Origin: Octopus sinensis | Taxonomy: Eukaryota | Direction of reading: 5' to 3' | DNA: 64,000 nucleotides | Assembly (NCBI RefSeq): GCF_006345805.1 | Contig: NC_043009.1 | Span: forward strand, 17,980,001 to 18,044,000 | Part shown: positions 12,801 through 26,377 of the stretch, one piece after another | Position numbering within the stretch: position 1 is the stretch's first letter | Layout of the letters: every line of letters begins with the position of its first letter | The notes under the pieces: model-generated | What the model saw: the letters and a program-made list of their open reading frames with translations, nothing else | What the model was told of the DNA's origin: nothing | Databases searched by the model: none | Made by a program: the position numbers and the translations under genes

Positions 12801-15203
12801 TTAAATGGTTTTACATATATTTGTTTCAATTAGTTTCTCTTCATTGATGCTGTGAGTCTTTAGATGACGGTTCAAATCCTTAGGCCAGGAAAAGTACAGT
12901 GAACAGATTTTACATTTAAATGGTCGGACATCTGAGTGCCGAGTGGTGCGATGATATTTGAGGTCATCTCCTCTGAAGAATGATTGTCCACAGAGGTCAC
13001 ACCGATAGGGTCGTTCACCAGTGTGGTAACGAACATGGCGCTCTCGGTTCGGTTTTGAAGTAAAAATTTTGCCACAGTACTCACACACATACCTCCGGTG
13101 CACCACAGTGCTATGGGATTCAAAGCCATCAAAGTCATTGTATACTTCGCCACAGCCTTTGCAAGTGAAAGGGACATTTTTGCGGAAAGGAATTTCAGGG
13201 GTAACAACACGTTCAAAACAAGATGGTTTAGTGCCGGAAGACTTGCGATTCAATTTAGACTCTGACATTGGTGAAGAAGGGCTTAACTCTTTCTGGTTTT
13301 CTTCATTTTTAACAGAACCAGCCAGGTTTACAACATCTGAAGTTGCACTGCTGCCAGTGCTATCTTCATAATCATCAGGATATTCTTGCTTAATATTGAT
13401 GTCTCCATTGGAAAGTGGTCGAGGAAATAGCTCTTGAGAAGATTGTGCATGGTTTTCATCATTTTCTTCATTAATAACTAAATTAGAATCTTCCTCTGCA
13501 TCTGTGCCAGATACAGCATCACCAAACTCTTGTGTCTCGGCCATCTCAATGTCATTATTATCATCCGTTGCTGGTTTATTTGATGAATGAGTAGTGTCAG
13601 CTTCCATCTGACCACTGGGAAAAGACTCACTGCTAGAAGATTCTACATCATTTGCGATCAAGTTACTTAATCCAGATTTCGAGTCAACAGGTTCTTTCTT
13701 TGTATTTACCTCATGTATTTCGAATATATGGCAACGTAACAGCTCTTCAGAGACAAAACCTTGGTTACATTCAGTGCACCAGTATTGCTGTGACACATCT
13801 GTGTCAGCATTTGGCTCATGCATCACCATGTGCTCACGGAGATTAGAAGGGTAGCGGAATTGTTTGTTGCAAAATTGACAGGCATGTGCTTTATTCTGTG
13901 CATGTGAGTGTTCATGTCGGATGAACTGTTTGTAAGTTGGTAGTTTATTGTCACAGAAACAACATATGTAGGAAGTAAAGGACGGATCTATTCTGTGTCG
14001 CTTCAAATGGACTGTGTAGTTAAATGGTTCCTCAAAACTCAGATCACATGGATCACAGCGGTATGTCTTTTTATGGCCATGGGTCAGCATATGCTTTTGG
14101 TACATTAGCGAGTTGATTCCAGTAAAGTTGCACAATCTACACTGAAATTCTTTTAGTTCTGGATGACTTTTCTTGTGCTCCATGAACATGTGTGTATTAT
14201 TGAAGCCTTCTCCACACTGAGGACAAACGTGCATCAACTTGCAGCTATGTTCGTTCAACATATGATTAGCTAAACAGGACCGATCCATGTAACCTTTTCC
14301 ACATTGGTTGCAACGGTATGGCTTATCATAATTATGCTTTAACAGATGGAATTTCAAGTCGTCTTTTCGTGTAAAACTGCTGGAGCAAATATTGCACGTA
14401 TAGGGCTTATATCCTGTATGGAGTCGAATGTGACGTTTCAGGTTGTTACGGGCAGTGAATGTCCTATAGCAAATATTACAAGTGAAAACTGAATGCTCAG
14501 CAAGGTTGTGTTTTTCAAAAGTGTGAGCATCTGGAAGAACTATGTCACAGCGTTTGCATGGAATGGGAGTGTAAGAATTTGAAGACATGTTTAACATTAA
14601 GTTGGGGGAATAGTCACACAGGCTGTTGGGAGTGTTCAATTGATTTCCCATTGTTAATGAAGTATTCGATGATGCTACAGAGCGGTTTAAGCCACTTTCA
14701 TCAAGGTTTTCCTGTATAAAGCTGGAGCTATTACTGGAACTGATACACATCTTTCCTTTATCGCGTGCTTTTGACGATATTGGCATATTCTGTTGTGAAG
14801 AGCTGTGGTCAGTACTCTGGCCAACATCAGCAGATTCACGAATAGAGCTATGTCCATTAATAATTGCCTTATGGTCTACTTTATTATCACCAAATTTACT
14901 CTCCCGTGCGTTGTCCTTTGATGAATAACTTGAACACAAAGACTCTGGAGTGCATAGAGGATCATAACTTTTAGCAAAAGATCTTGGTGTTTCATATTTG
15001 ATAAATGAATTTTCTGGGCCACTTCCCGTCTTCTGAATTTGCTCGTGAACTTTAATGACAATTTGTTGGTTTTCATTTTCTGGAGTGATACAAACTATCC
15101 CATCAACCTCTAAACTGTGTTGATATGAAATTGTCTCCCGACATAATGTGAGAATAGATTGTCGGAGAAGACGTTCAACTAGATCACGCTCGTTGGAAGC
15201 CAT
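12801..15203 (-). CDS. C2H2 zinc-finger transcription factor, 800 aa, 14 fingers (10+4), single coding exon
   Basis: Open 2403-nt frame starting MASNERDLVERLL. Ten C-x2-C...H-x3/4-H fingers at ~14560-13713, an acidic Ser/Glu/Asp linker, then four fingers at ~13170-12852. Canonical linkers HTGYKP and HTGERP. The ORF-track start at 15260 lies in intron sequence (TTTTCTTTTCTTTTACAG acceptor). Confidence 0.95.
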   Translation of the reverse strand: MASNERDLVERLLRQSILTLCRETISYQHSLEVDGIVCITPENENQQIVIKVHEQIQKTGSGPENSFIKYETPRSFAKSYDPLCTPESLCSSYSSKDNARESKFGDNKVDHKAIINGHSSIRESADVGQSTDHSSSQQNMPISSKARDKGKMCISSSNSSSFIQENLDESGLNRSVASSNTSLTMGNQLNTPNSLCDYSPNLMLNMSSNSYTPIPCKRCDIVLPDAHTFEKHNLAEHSVFTCNICYRTFTARNNLKRHIRLHTGYKPYTCNICSSSFTRKDDLKFHLLKHNYDKPYRCNQCGKGYMDRSCLANHMLNEHSCKLMHVCPQCGEGFNNTHMFMEHKKSHPELKEFQCRLCNFTGINSLMYQKHMLTHGHKKTYRCDPCDLSFEEPFNYTVHLKRHRIDPSFTSYICCFCDNKLPTYKQFIRHEHSHAQNKAHACQFCNKQFRYPSNLREHMVMHEPNADTDVSQQYWCTECNQGFVSEELLRCHIFEIHEVNTKKEPVDSKSGLSNLIANDVESSSSESFPSGQMEADTTHSSNKPATDDNNDIEMAETQEFGDAVSGTDAEEDSNLVINEENDENHAQSSQELFPRPLSNGDINIKQEYPDDYEDSTGSSATSDVVNLAGSVKNEENQKELSPSSPMSESKLNRKSSGTKPSCFERVVTPEIPFRKNVPFTCKGCGEVYNDFDGFESHSTVVHRRYVCEYCGKIFTSKPNRERHVRYHTGERPYRCDLCGQSFFRGDDLKYHRTTRHSDVRPFKCKICSLYFSWPKDLNRHLKTHSINEEKLIETNICKTI

Positions 15204-15219
15204 GCTAGTTCTCTGGCAT

Positions 15220-15245
15220 CTGTAAAAGAAAAGAAAAAAACAAAC
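15220..15245 (-). promoter_or_regulatory. 3' splice acceptor of the ZNF coding exon
   Basis: Minus strand reads TTTGTTTTTTTCTTTTCTTTTACAG|ATGCC. AG is at 15221-15220, so the exon starts at 15219, 16 nt upstream of the MASN ATG. Confidence 0.85.
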
Positions 15246-16589
15246 ATTATTAATGAGCATCAGATGCAGTAGAGAATACCTATCCCACCCCAGTTATTTT
15301 AAATAATACCATAATTGATTACCGAGGAGGAGATCTCTAGAAACACATTAAACACACAATACTTATCACAATTCACATAAAAGTAGTAATGCTTTTTTTT
15401 TTTTACAAAAAGGTAAATTCAATTTCTGAATCAGACATGGTGATAAAGGGTTGCATGAGAAAAAAATTCTAATAGAGCAGCATTCTTTTGGACATTGGGA
15501 GAAGGGGCCCATATATAATCTGGGTGAATAATCAGTTCAGTGAATAGATGCAAAGTATAAGTACCAAGTTAGGAAAAACAGAGTTCATTATTATAATAAG
15601 GGAAGCAAAGGGATAATTAGGATACAAGAGACTGGTCTTTTTCTGCATCTGCGGTAATGTTTACTATCCATCCTTTTGTATGACTAGGATTACATCATGT
15701 ATGGTGGCCTTTCTTCTGAAATGTGATTTGAAGGTAACAGACCACCAGTTTCAAAAGGTGAGTTCCAGAAGTTATACACAGAGGTTCCTCATTGAAATGA
15801 GATGTCAATGTTTGAAGGAGGACGTGTACCTCCCAGTTACGAAATGAATGCTCTGGAGACATAGTACACCTGAGCCCCATGTCAATAGCTGCCAAAAGAT
15901 AAAATAGTCGATGGCTAAGAAAAAGCCAAGTCATATGGATAGAGTTTTAACAATCTTGAGAGTGTACTGAAGTTGAAAGATGCCGTTAGTGTCCAAAACT
16001 CATATAGGTTAGTTTTATATGTTTGATAAATAATTATCAGTAAAATATAGCAGTGAAACCAAACTATATCTTCCCCCGATCCTATGCTAAACCAAATATA
16101 TGTCACTCACCACACAGATCTACATGCACAGACACATACCAAAAGTTATCTTGTAAGAGATAAATACATTTTATTCAATAAAAATTTAGAAGATGGTCGA
16201 AATTTTTATATAGCAACAATGATTCATGTTGCTGTTTTGATGAAAGCTATTCCAATGACCAAGACACCTTTCAGGTCATGTACCCTAGATTACATTATCC
16301 AATATGTCTCTTCTGAGAAACAGTAGGCTGTAATTAGGAAAATTTGGCTGCTGCTTCTAGCAAGTTGATGAACCATATAGAGGCCTGTCAGCTGAAATGA
16401 TGTACGTAACTGTACGTGAAACAAGCTCCACAATACCCTCTTGCAGCTGTTCTCCCTAAAGAAAAATCAGACTAAAATTCATTAAAATGAAATGCTGGCT
16501 AAAAATACATGACAACTATCCTCACAGCAATGTACAGTGACATCTACTTAGTGGTGAGGGTGAATGGCCACCTATTGGAACCATTTAGC

Positions 16590-17940
16590 ATCATGTGCTC
16601 AGTCCATCGAGGTTGTGTCCTCTTATCTCTCTAAATGTAGAGACTCTTGAGCCACTACTGCAGAAACTAGAGACATTGAGGGGCATCCTGTACGGACAAG
16701 AATGTGAACACCCATGTTAGCATGCATATGTACACATAACGGACATACAACCAGAAGCATCAAGAGGATTCACATCACACTAGGGAATGACATGAGGAGC
16801 CAGAATCAATCAGAAAAGTGGGCTTGCAGTTTGACAGCTAAGAGACAGCAGGTACATGGATCTAACATGTATGTCATGATTGGTGGATGATCATGTCAAA
16901 CTGCTTGGGGTCAGGTTTGGCCCAGATCTCCAAGTGGAGAAGAACTGGGACAAAGCAATGAACAGGGTAGCTTGTCTCACTCACAATAGAAAGCCATCTC
17001 TGAAAGGCTGAGCAGAGGAGGCAAATGTCTACATCTCTCCATAATCCATTTCTGCCTAGTTGTTGTGCTTTGCCTCAACTCATGTCTAACTAGCTAGAAG
17101 AGTATGCTATTCCACTTTTTCTGAAGGGGTATGGTCTATTGGTCAGGTGCTCCATTTGCCATCAACACCTTATGAGTGGCAGTTGAGTCATGCCACGACA
17201 GATAATGCACAGATGTCGTCAACATTTGCCAAACATGTTTTTCCTCAGTTTGTCCCGTTTGCCAGAATTACAGACCTGGCTCAAACTAGGAATGTTATCA
17301 AATACTGTCACTCTCCTGCCAATTGCGCAATGTGGTCAGTGAAAGTTCTACTTTGGCATTCTTTAGAAAGTTTGTCGCAGGTAAGAGTGATAATGTTCTA
17401 GAGGAAAGTCTGCCATCAGTGAAAATTAACTGACCAATCTGTTTCAGAGGATTTTCAGAAATCTCAGACCTGGAAGTGCTATGGGGATGGGGAAGAGGTA
17501 TTGCTGGTTTGAGATTACAATTTTTGGCATGGAAATGCTGTCAGCCAGGGCTGTCCATGATGCATGCAGAGCAACAAAATCTTTCTGCAAATACTTGTCC
17601 AGAGCCCAAGTATTGGTGACTTAGTTATAATACCTGCAGACAACTGTGAGGCTGATCCAGCCATCAGCGGAGTCCATTGTGAAGATCATTATGACCGAAC
17701 CAGTTTTCCTTTAGCTAGGAACGACTGGTGGTCTGTCTGTGATTTTGACAAAAGAGGCTGTGTGGCAGATGGAAGTGAAAGGGCTAAAAACAAACATTCC
17801 TCTTTGGCCAAGCCCACATCAAGTTTCACTTGAAAAGGAAAGAGACAGTGGAGGGCAAAGTAGTGTCTCCCACTACTTTGATGAAAGCTGGATGCTCTGG
17901 GAATCTGTCCATGAAGTGGAAGACAATTAATACCTTAATG
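16590..17940 (+). mobile_element. Decayed Tx1/L1-clade non-LTR retrotransposon (RT and C-terminal region)
   Basis: Broken frames resembling RQGCPLSPLL, INQEKSVGL and FGPDLQVEKNW...SLKG; many stops and frameshifts. Confidence 0.65.
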
Positions 17941-20900
17941 GTTAGAAGGACGGTGGTTTTTGTGAGATTTCTGTGAGTAGCCCTTAGGTCTCCATTCTTT
18001 AAGGAAATTATTTTGTTTGAACTTTTATTTTCTTGTTTCTGTTATTTTTTCAAGTTGTCCTTGATGCTTTTGTCAACTAACCCAGCCACAGCTGACCCCA
18101 AAATTATTTTTAATATCATCAACTCAGTCATAACTGCTCAAAATAATTTTGATTAATATTACCAAACCAGGCAAAATAACCTGTACATATTCAGGAAACT
18201 CATGGTTTCACTACGTAAGCAACTAAATTACACTGTTTGCCATTATTATACACGATATGAGTGTTGTAAACTTTTGGAGACTTTTTGTTTTTTCATTTTC
18301 CGAAATGTTTCACTATGAATGAAAAATGGATACCAATTTCAAGTCATCAAGCAGTAAGTTTGGATTCTAAGTGTTTTCAAAAGAAGATAGAAATATCTAA
18401 GAAAATATATGGCAAACATAAAAACCCCGTGTGTGATTATGAATTGGGTATTTCTTTTTCCAAAAGAGGAAAGATCGGCAACAGTTCTGACAGCAATTGA
18501 AAAAAGATTTGGACCAAAATATATAGTAAGAATTTAAAAACTATTAGATTATATTTTTTCTTACTTTTTCCTTTGAAGTGATTTCTGCAGATATGAATCA
18601 TTATGCAGAATGTAAACAAATAGGAAAAATATTGTGCGTGTGTGTGTGTGTGTGTGTGTATACATAATATATATATATGTGTGCATATAGTAAATAAAAA
18701 AAAAGTACAAACACACACACAAAAAAACAAGGTCCATGTAAGGTATTAGCAGATGCTCATGGAAGGAAAGAAAGGTGGTTTTACATTTCAAGCAAAGCTC
18801 TTCTTTTGAAACAGGAGACAGAGGAAAGTTCAAAAGAAAAGGAAGATGGAGGGAAAAAAAATCGCCAACGATTCTCACACACACATATATATACACAAAT
18901 AAATTTGATTTATATTTTTTGAATTGACCTTGTTTTTTATTTGCCTGTACTGTGAGACATGTGACAAAGTTTGATTTGGATTAGAAATCATTATATGTGC
19001 TTCTGAGTATCACTATGAGAGTTTATTTCATTCCTTAGTTTTCTTCTAAGACAAATTCTAGTATTTTGTTCTGTTTTACTTTTATGGCACACTTATCTTA
19101 TGTGCATTAAGATCAACTGATAGATAATCCATAATATGCATTCTTCTCTATTAAAATTGTTGCATACTCATTTCCTATGCTGATGTTTGAAGAAAATTTA
19201 CCTGTGATTAGATTTTCTTTGAGACAAAAACCATGAAATAGATTTGGTTAAGAACTGTTAAATTGTGTTTCAAAAACCACATTAATATGTTGATAAATGA
19301 AGAAGTATTTTATGAAACCAGTCTCAATTCACGATTAATTTAAATTTAATTGGAACACATAAGGAGTGTATTTTGGTTAGAAATACAGTAATGAAAGGGT
19401 TAATAAAGAAACCCCCACCACCAGCTTCTGATGTCTATATACAGGCCCTAATTTTTACCTAATTTCTGCTCTGTGCCCTTCCTTGGTACTAGTCAAACAG
19501 CATTTTCTAAACAGTAATGAAATTATGCAGAAAGGGAAAATTGTTGTCCCTGCAACGTCTATTACTATATTGAGAATACAGTGTTACATTTACAGTATGT
19601 TATCTTTTAACTCTCACACTAGGCTTCATTAGATTGGTTCAATCTTATTTTCAATTTTCATTTAAATAATGGGTGATGGTAAATATATATTCTACTTCTT
19701 CTACTGGGGGAGAGGTATTTTACTGATCTCACAGTCTGGCCTCATTTTATGTGAAATAAAATGAGTACTAGCAATAGTCAAGTTGGTTTAACTATATCCG
19801 TTTCCCACAAAATAATCAAAATAGAAAAGTATTTTAGCCTAGAACACGTCAAATATTAACAAGCAAAAGCTAATTAGTGGTTTAGAAATATAATTTGCAA
19901 AGCCATCATCAGAAAAAATAAAATGATCATTAACTGGATGAAACCTAGTTTTGTGGAAACTTCACACAAACACTGCTTCATAAAGTAATGGAATGTCCCA
20001 TCTAGAAACTCATAAACAGAAGTAGGATTGGTTTAGAATATTTCATACAACACGGACAGATTTTAGCCCACTCATTCAATTGGAGTTGAACAGACTGAAA
20101 GATATATGAAGCTTTGCAACAACTTAGCATTACTTGCTTTCCTATAGATTTTCACCATGCACAAACAATAAATTATATTGTGAAAAAAAAAAATCTCTTG
20201 GCAATTCTTTACTACATGGGAAATAGACAACAGAAACAAAAGATGAAGGCAGGTGGGTAATTGGGGGGGGTGTCAATCTAGATTTAGAAGACAGTTTTTG
20301 AAAACTTCTCACAAGTGTAACGGGGTATGATAGAGGGACTGGAAGGAGATTTATATAACAATCCACTGAGCCCAGTAGACAGAAGAATAAATAAAACAGT
20401 TCTGGCTCAGTGGTTTGGGTCCCTGCCAAGTTGGCTGAGAATTTAGCACAGATAATATTAAGTATTATATTTCTCCTATCTAATAACTGCTTTGATTTGC
20501 ATGACTAGTTATGTGGTAGTGACAAGATCCAGCAATGTTCAAACAGAATGTACTTGAGGAATGGGACTACATACCTAGGACAGATTCATTAGAGAAGAAG
20601 TATTATAAATTAATGAAAATCATTATCTTCACAGTAAAAGTAACATGTAACTTCTGCTGCAGGCAAGACAATTCCATATCCTTGCTTCACTCCTATTAAT
20701 TAAGTTAATCAGGCACCACCAATTTAGATGTAATATTTTATAGCAAATACTTCTTTACATACATTCCATTAGACAGGCCTGATTTAGTTTCTCCCGATTG
20801 TTCTAGTTTGTCCATTCCATAGATAGGCCTGATTTAGTTGCCAACTATATTAACTATGTTTAATCACTATACCCACTCACTGAATTGTTATTGGAATTAA

Positions 20901-22648
20901 ATATAATAGATCTAAATGGAAATACTTGGTAATCAAATTTAGAAATGGTTTGACAATACAACCTACAGTTATCTTGGACAAAAGAAGAATGTCAGCAATG
21001 ATGTGCATGTCAACCTATCTCTCATCACACAACTCTATTACTCAAGACTTTTGCAGCAGTCATCTTTCCTTCAACATTTGGCTTTCAAAAGGGTTATTGC
21101 AAGAACTAAGAATTCAAGTAAACCCTTAAGGTTTTAGCCTTGAAGAATCTTGATAAAGTTTACTGACACAAAAACCACCATAATTAGAATATCAAATGAA
21201 CTTTAGAATTGAAAGGGCATAAAAAAAAAAAAGAAACACGAGCAAACAAAACTCATAAAAGAAAAAATTATATGGTGCATGGATACTTGGCTATTTGAAC
21301 TGTTTAGTGTTAAAGAATAAACCAATAAAAGACAAGCACATTTATAATTTTATATATCTCTTCTGAAGGTTACCTTTATGAAACCCTGAAGTGAGACATT
21401 TGTGTGTAGTTTAAAATTTGGTTATTGTCCAAAACAATTTGAAAGAGTAACTTTTTTAAGCAATGAAAATTAACTGAAACTCAAAGGAAGTGAGTACTAT
21501 ACATACACCTTGGATAGGCAGGAGACAGGCCAAAGAACTACTAGGAGGAATTCCAGTGGGCTCTGAAATGAACCAATAATCTCTAAAAGAGGGAAGGAAG
21601 ATATCTTAATTGACTACATGAAAGGGATGAAGAGAAGTTGTGATCTACAATACCCCAGCTATTCACAGCCAGTGTCTCACAGCTACATCAAAAAGCAAAA
21701 AATCTTCACCATCTACATTAATAAATAATTCGATGAGAGAACAATCACCGTATGAAACTAAAGAAAAACAATGTGGTGTTATCTGTGACTGACCAATAAA
21801 GAAACAGCTAAAAGGGATTGATAATTCCAACCATTAGACACTGAATGTTCTATTATACAGTGCTGTGATTACCATTTATCAACAGAGAGGAGTAAAATTG
21901 GTCTTAACACGGAAAAATAAATAAATTACATTTCTTTGGACAAACACCAACAAATGTAGAACAAATATTGTTGGACAAATATTAAGTACAAAGAGCATCA
22001 ATTCACGAACCAGCAGCTGTGACTTCATGAGATTATCAAAGTTCTATGGTACAGTTGACAAAACAAAGTGCAAGAGACAACCAGAAAACCTGATTATCAA
22101 AACAAATTATGAGAAAGTAAGGTCTTTAATTGCAGCTTTGCACTAATCTCAAAGGTGATATACCACAGTATGAAAAGCCATACTATCGAGGCCATAAATG
22201 CCCATCTTCCATATGATCAAGAATCATTTACGGAAAAGATTTGGAATGTAAAGAAACATCACAACCATGAGGCAATATGTTTATATGAGCAATAGAGTGA
22301 ACATTATGCAAACACACACCTATATCTAATATAATAACGAGTGTAGTGTTTTTATATATTTGTCATAAATCACACATTAGGAGGGAGTGAGAGAAAGAGT
22401 AGTATAAGTGAAGGGAAAGGAGAGAAAATAGTAATTCAGTGAAGGAGAAGTAGTGAGAGTAATAGCCATGACTGACAGGGTGGGAGAGAAAGTAACAGCA
22501 ATGAGAGAGAGAGAGAGGAAGTAGTAAAGAGAGCATCGTGTTCACCACACGTCATTGAGTCGGTGAAGTGAGAGTAAATTGCTGCGACACAAACACAATT
22601 TGGGAATGTGTTTACATTTTTGGCATCATATACATAGATATATATTTA

Positions 22649-22681
<33 letters not shown>

Positions 22682-25600
22682 TGTAATGAAGGAAATATAA
22701 CAAAGTTAACGATCAAATATGTATTCTTTATTCCAAATTAAGACTTTGGGAAAGTTTCTTCTTAAAATAATTACCAGGATTATCATTGAAAAGAAAAGAA
22801 AGTTAGATACTATCATGTCCGGCACATCCTACTACATTATATATGCCTGTTTCCATATAAAACAGGATGAGAGGACACTCAGAAGAATCGTTTCACAGGT
22901 TTTGTTTACATTTTACGAAGATCATTTGCTCTAATATTTCGGTTCCTCTGTGTGTGTGTGTGTATTTTTATGGTCTATAACATTTGTTATCAAGTTCACT
23001 GATAATTTAAGTTGAACCCAATGAAAGGTTTACACAATGGGACTCGGATCATAGTGCTGTCCATCAAGGTTTATTCATACGTGGGAAAATACTGAATGTA
23101 AGTAAGAAAGGAAAGGAGGCCTTTATTCCACTAATGAACTTCCGTCCCAGTGAGACAACCCTTCCCTTTAGTATGAATAGATGACAGTTTCCTGTTACCC
23201 CAGTATTTGCAATGACTATAAACAAATCACAAGGGCAGAGCTATCATCCTACCATCACCAGTATTCAGTCATGGACAACTTTCTGTTGCATTGAGTAGAA
23301 GTAGAAGCAGTAATGATATTAATATGTTACTGGCGAACTCATTAGTGGTGGGGTTTTCACTAGAAACGTGGTGTTGAAGTAACTGCTAAGATAAAGGTTG
23401 TAATCTTTTAATTTTAATTTCCATATCATTTCTGACAGTACAGGTACACTAGTATATATATATAAACACACACACATATATGTATCTATCTATACACACA
23501 CAGAAACATATGTACATATATACATACACAGCAATAAGAAACTGTAGGTAGAAATGAACAGACCACCAGAGGATCCCACCTCGTGCAAGTGTTTCATCAC
23601 ATAACTTTTCACACGAGCTTTACTATATTCACTGCTACTTTCTGCTTTGTAACTTGCACTGAGTGGGGAGGGAGTTCAAGGTGTTCCAGAGCAAAGGTGC
23701 TTTGTAGGCCATAATCACCTGAGTTTAAGACATCAATTGAACATGGAGTAAATTATGCCCATTGAGATTCACTTTCATTGCTTCTTGATCACAACTAGTT
23801 GGAACTCTTCTAAGAACTCTGGTCCCCTCTTGCCCAGAAATTGAGAGCTGTTTCATAATATTACAGGCATATTTGCCTGCAAACCCCACTCCTATTTCTA
23901 TGGCAAGAACTTATGTTTCGAAGCCAGGTCCACTCAGGTTAATGGCTAAACTGCCATATACGTAGAGGCATGCTCCATTTGGCATTTATGTAACTCGGTG
24001 AGTTCAATGAAAATCACTTGATTCAATGGTGGCTTTGTTTTGGTTCTTATAGCACAAATTGCATGAAGATCTCTTTAAGTACGTGACTGTGCCTTAATAG
24101 GTTTCTTCCTTGAGAAGTCACCCTCTCAGAAACAAGAAAAGCATCTCTTATTGTTCTTTCACACACTATGTGTTTTATATAGAAGTTGCATTTGCATTAC
24201 TCACTTTGTGAAATACATAGAGCATACTTGCTATACTTGAAGCAAACATGGCATTGAATTAAAAAGCTAGTCTTGAAATAATTTTCACAGAATCTGAAAG
24301 AATACGGTGACACATTGGACATCTAGAGAAGACTGGTAAGTATCAATTAAAGATTAGACTTTATTAAATTTTGTGTAAAATATTCTGCTGAAAAATCAAA
24401 CAGAACTTTTGTTACAACCTGATACATATACACATATAGAGAATGATGGTTTCCTATTATTCTACAGTATAAGTGGTCCTAGAGAAATGGCAGTATTGTT
24501 CTATTATAACCTGTAACAAGGTCAGAATTTTACTTGTTGCAGCAACAGTGCTGTTTCTAGTTGTTGTCAAATCAACTATTTTTATTGTTGGAACATTTCC
24601 TGAAATATATCCTTTAACTCAGCTAGAATCTCAAACACATCTCACCAAAACTAAAGCAGCTTATCTATTTTATAAATGAGATGGACAATTCCAGCAAAAA
24701 GACAACATCCATAACTGCACAGAATGGCTTTTTATGCAGGTCTATTGAAAAGATTGATACACAATCCAAGTGTAACCACAGTAAACTAACCATAGAGGAG
24801 CAAATCTTTTGGTGTAAAATGAGACAAAATAAATATCCAACAACAACGAGAGCCAGTGTATCAAACACCTGTGAAGCAAGCAAGTGTAATTAGAAGTTCT
24901 TTGAGTCATGCTTTTAACACTACTAACTCTTAATTTTATTTGAGGATGTTTCATATGGTCATTTAAAGTCACAAAGTAGACTTGTTGAAAGAGCTTTAAC
25001 TACTTACTTTGCCAATAAGAAATAGTCCTAGGCCCTCTGTCAGAGGTAGCAAGAATACAACCAATTCATGGTTATCATTAACCCTTCTGACACCAACCTA
25101 CCAAAAACCACCCTTGGTTCCATGATATAAATTGTCTTCTAAGCAGATCTAAATTAAAATTTCCCATCAAAATTTCATGTTAATTTATATTTCAAACAGC
25201 AATTTAATAATAATGAAGTTATTTAAATAAAATACTTCATTATTTTCAAAATTAATTGAAAGAAAAGCAGTGTATTTCCACAGATGACTAAAGAGTGAGA
25301 CCATGTAAAGGCTAACTTTAAATTCAAATTTGTGCAATGAATCCCAATTAGTGTGTTGTTAGGATTAGGTGTACAACAAAAAAATAAATAAAATTATCAA
25401 TAAAAAACAAAAAAGAATGGAGAGGGTGAGGGAATAAAAACCAAAATTCTCTAACAATATACGCATAAAATAATATTTTCATTTTTTTCAGTGGTTTATA
25501 TTTATATCATATTTATAGGTTAAAATATATAAATACCTTTTTCCTCATATAAATACCTTCTCTGTTTCTAAACATTTTAAACTTTATGTACAAAGAGTAC

Positions 25601-26377
25601 CAAAATATTTTCTTCATAAGTGTGCCAGGAGTGAAAAAGTACAGTGCCACCTCCACCCTATTGTTTGTAAAGTAACCATTAATATCCTCTGCTGTCCATT
25701 TAATATTTCTACAATTTCATACTTAAGTTCCCCAAAACTTTTTAGATGTGAAATTTAAATTATTATTTTGATAGAAGGAACATCAAAATTCCACAATGCA
25801 GTTTGCCTCAATATGTCCAGCTCACACTGACAACAGTAGGGAGTCCAGCTATAAAAACAATCTCTCTAAAAATAATAGATGAATTTAATATTCCAAACAA
25901 ATGCATTATATATATAAATATATATATATATACACACACACATATTTAATTAAAAACGTACTATATTTTCAGTTGCAGTTTATTGTCACCACTTCTACCA
26001 GGCTCCGTTCTATATCTACATCATTAACAGAAACTATTTGTCTTCTACTTTTCTCTCTACTACCTAGCACAGAACCAGCTCAGAGATATGACTTTTACAA
26101 GACTTCGTTCACCCACATCAAGGCTAGTGTAGAAAGATGTAAGCAAGGTTTACTAATTTTGGCACCAAGTTACAATGTATCAGTCAAAAATAGAGCATCT
26201 TGTTACTTAAACTGCAAAAATAAATTACTGGAGGAAAAACAGCTAAGTTGTATTTCAAAACAGTAAAAAGTAATTAATACAAGCATGTTTCTTCTAAGTT
26301 TCATGATTTCATAACCCTTATGACACCAAATCACCAGAAACTACTACTAGTTTTATAATACAAATTTTCTCTTTTAA

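Noticed and set aside
12872-15076. Short overlapping or antisense ORFs inside the ZNF CDS (114, 100, 64 and 66 aa)
   Set aside because: No recognisable motifs; these are expected shadows of a long coding exon.
15204-15260. ORF-track N-terminus MLINNVCFFLFFYRCQRTS
   Set aside because: It mostly translates the polypyrimidine tract and acceptor of the intron; MASN at 15203 is the plausible start.
24291-24335. Plus-strand 45-nt exon-like segment (TTTCACAG|...CTG|GTAAGT)
   Set aside because: Stops in all three frames and no partner exons found; chance splice motifs are likely without expression data.
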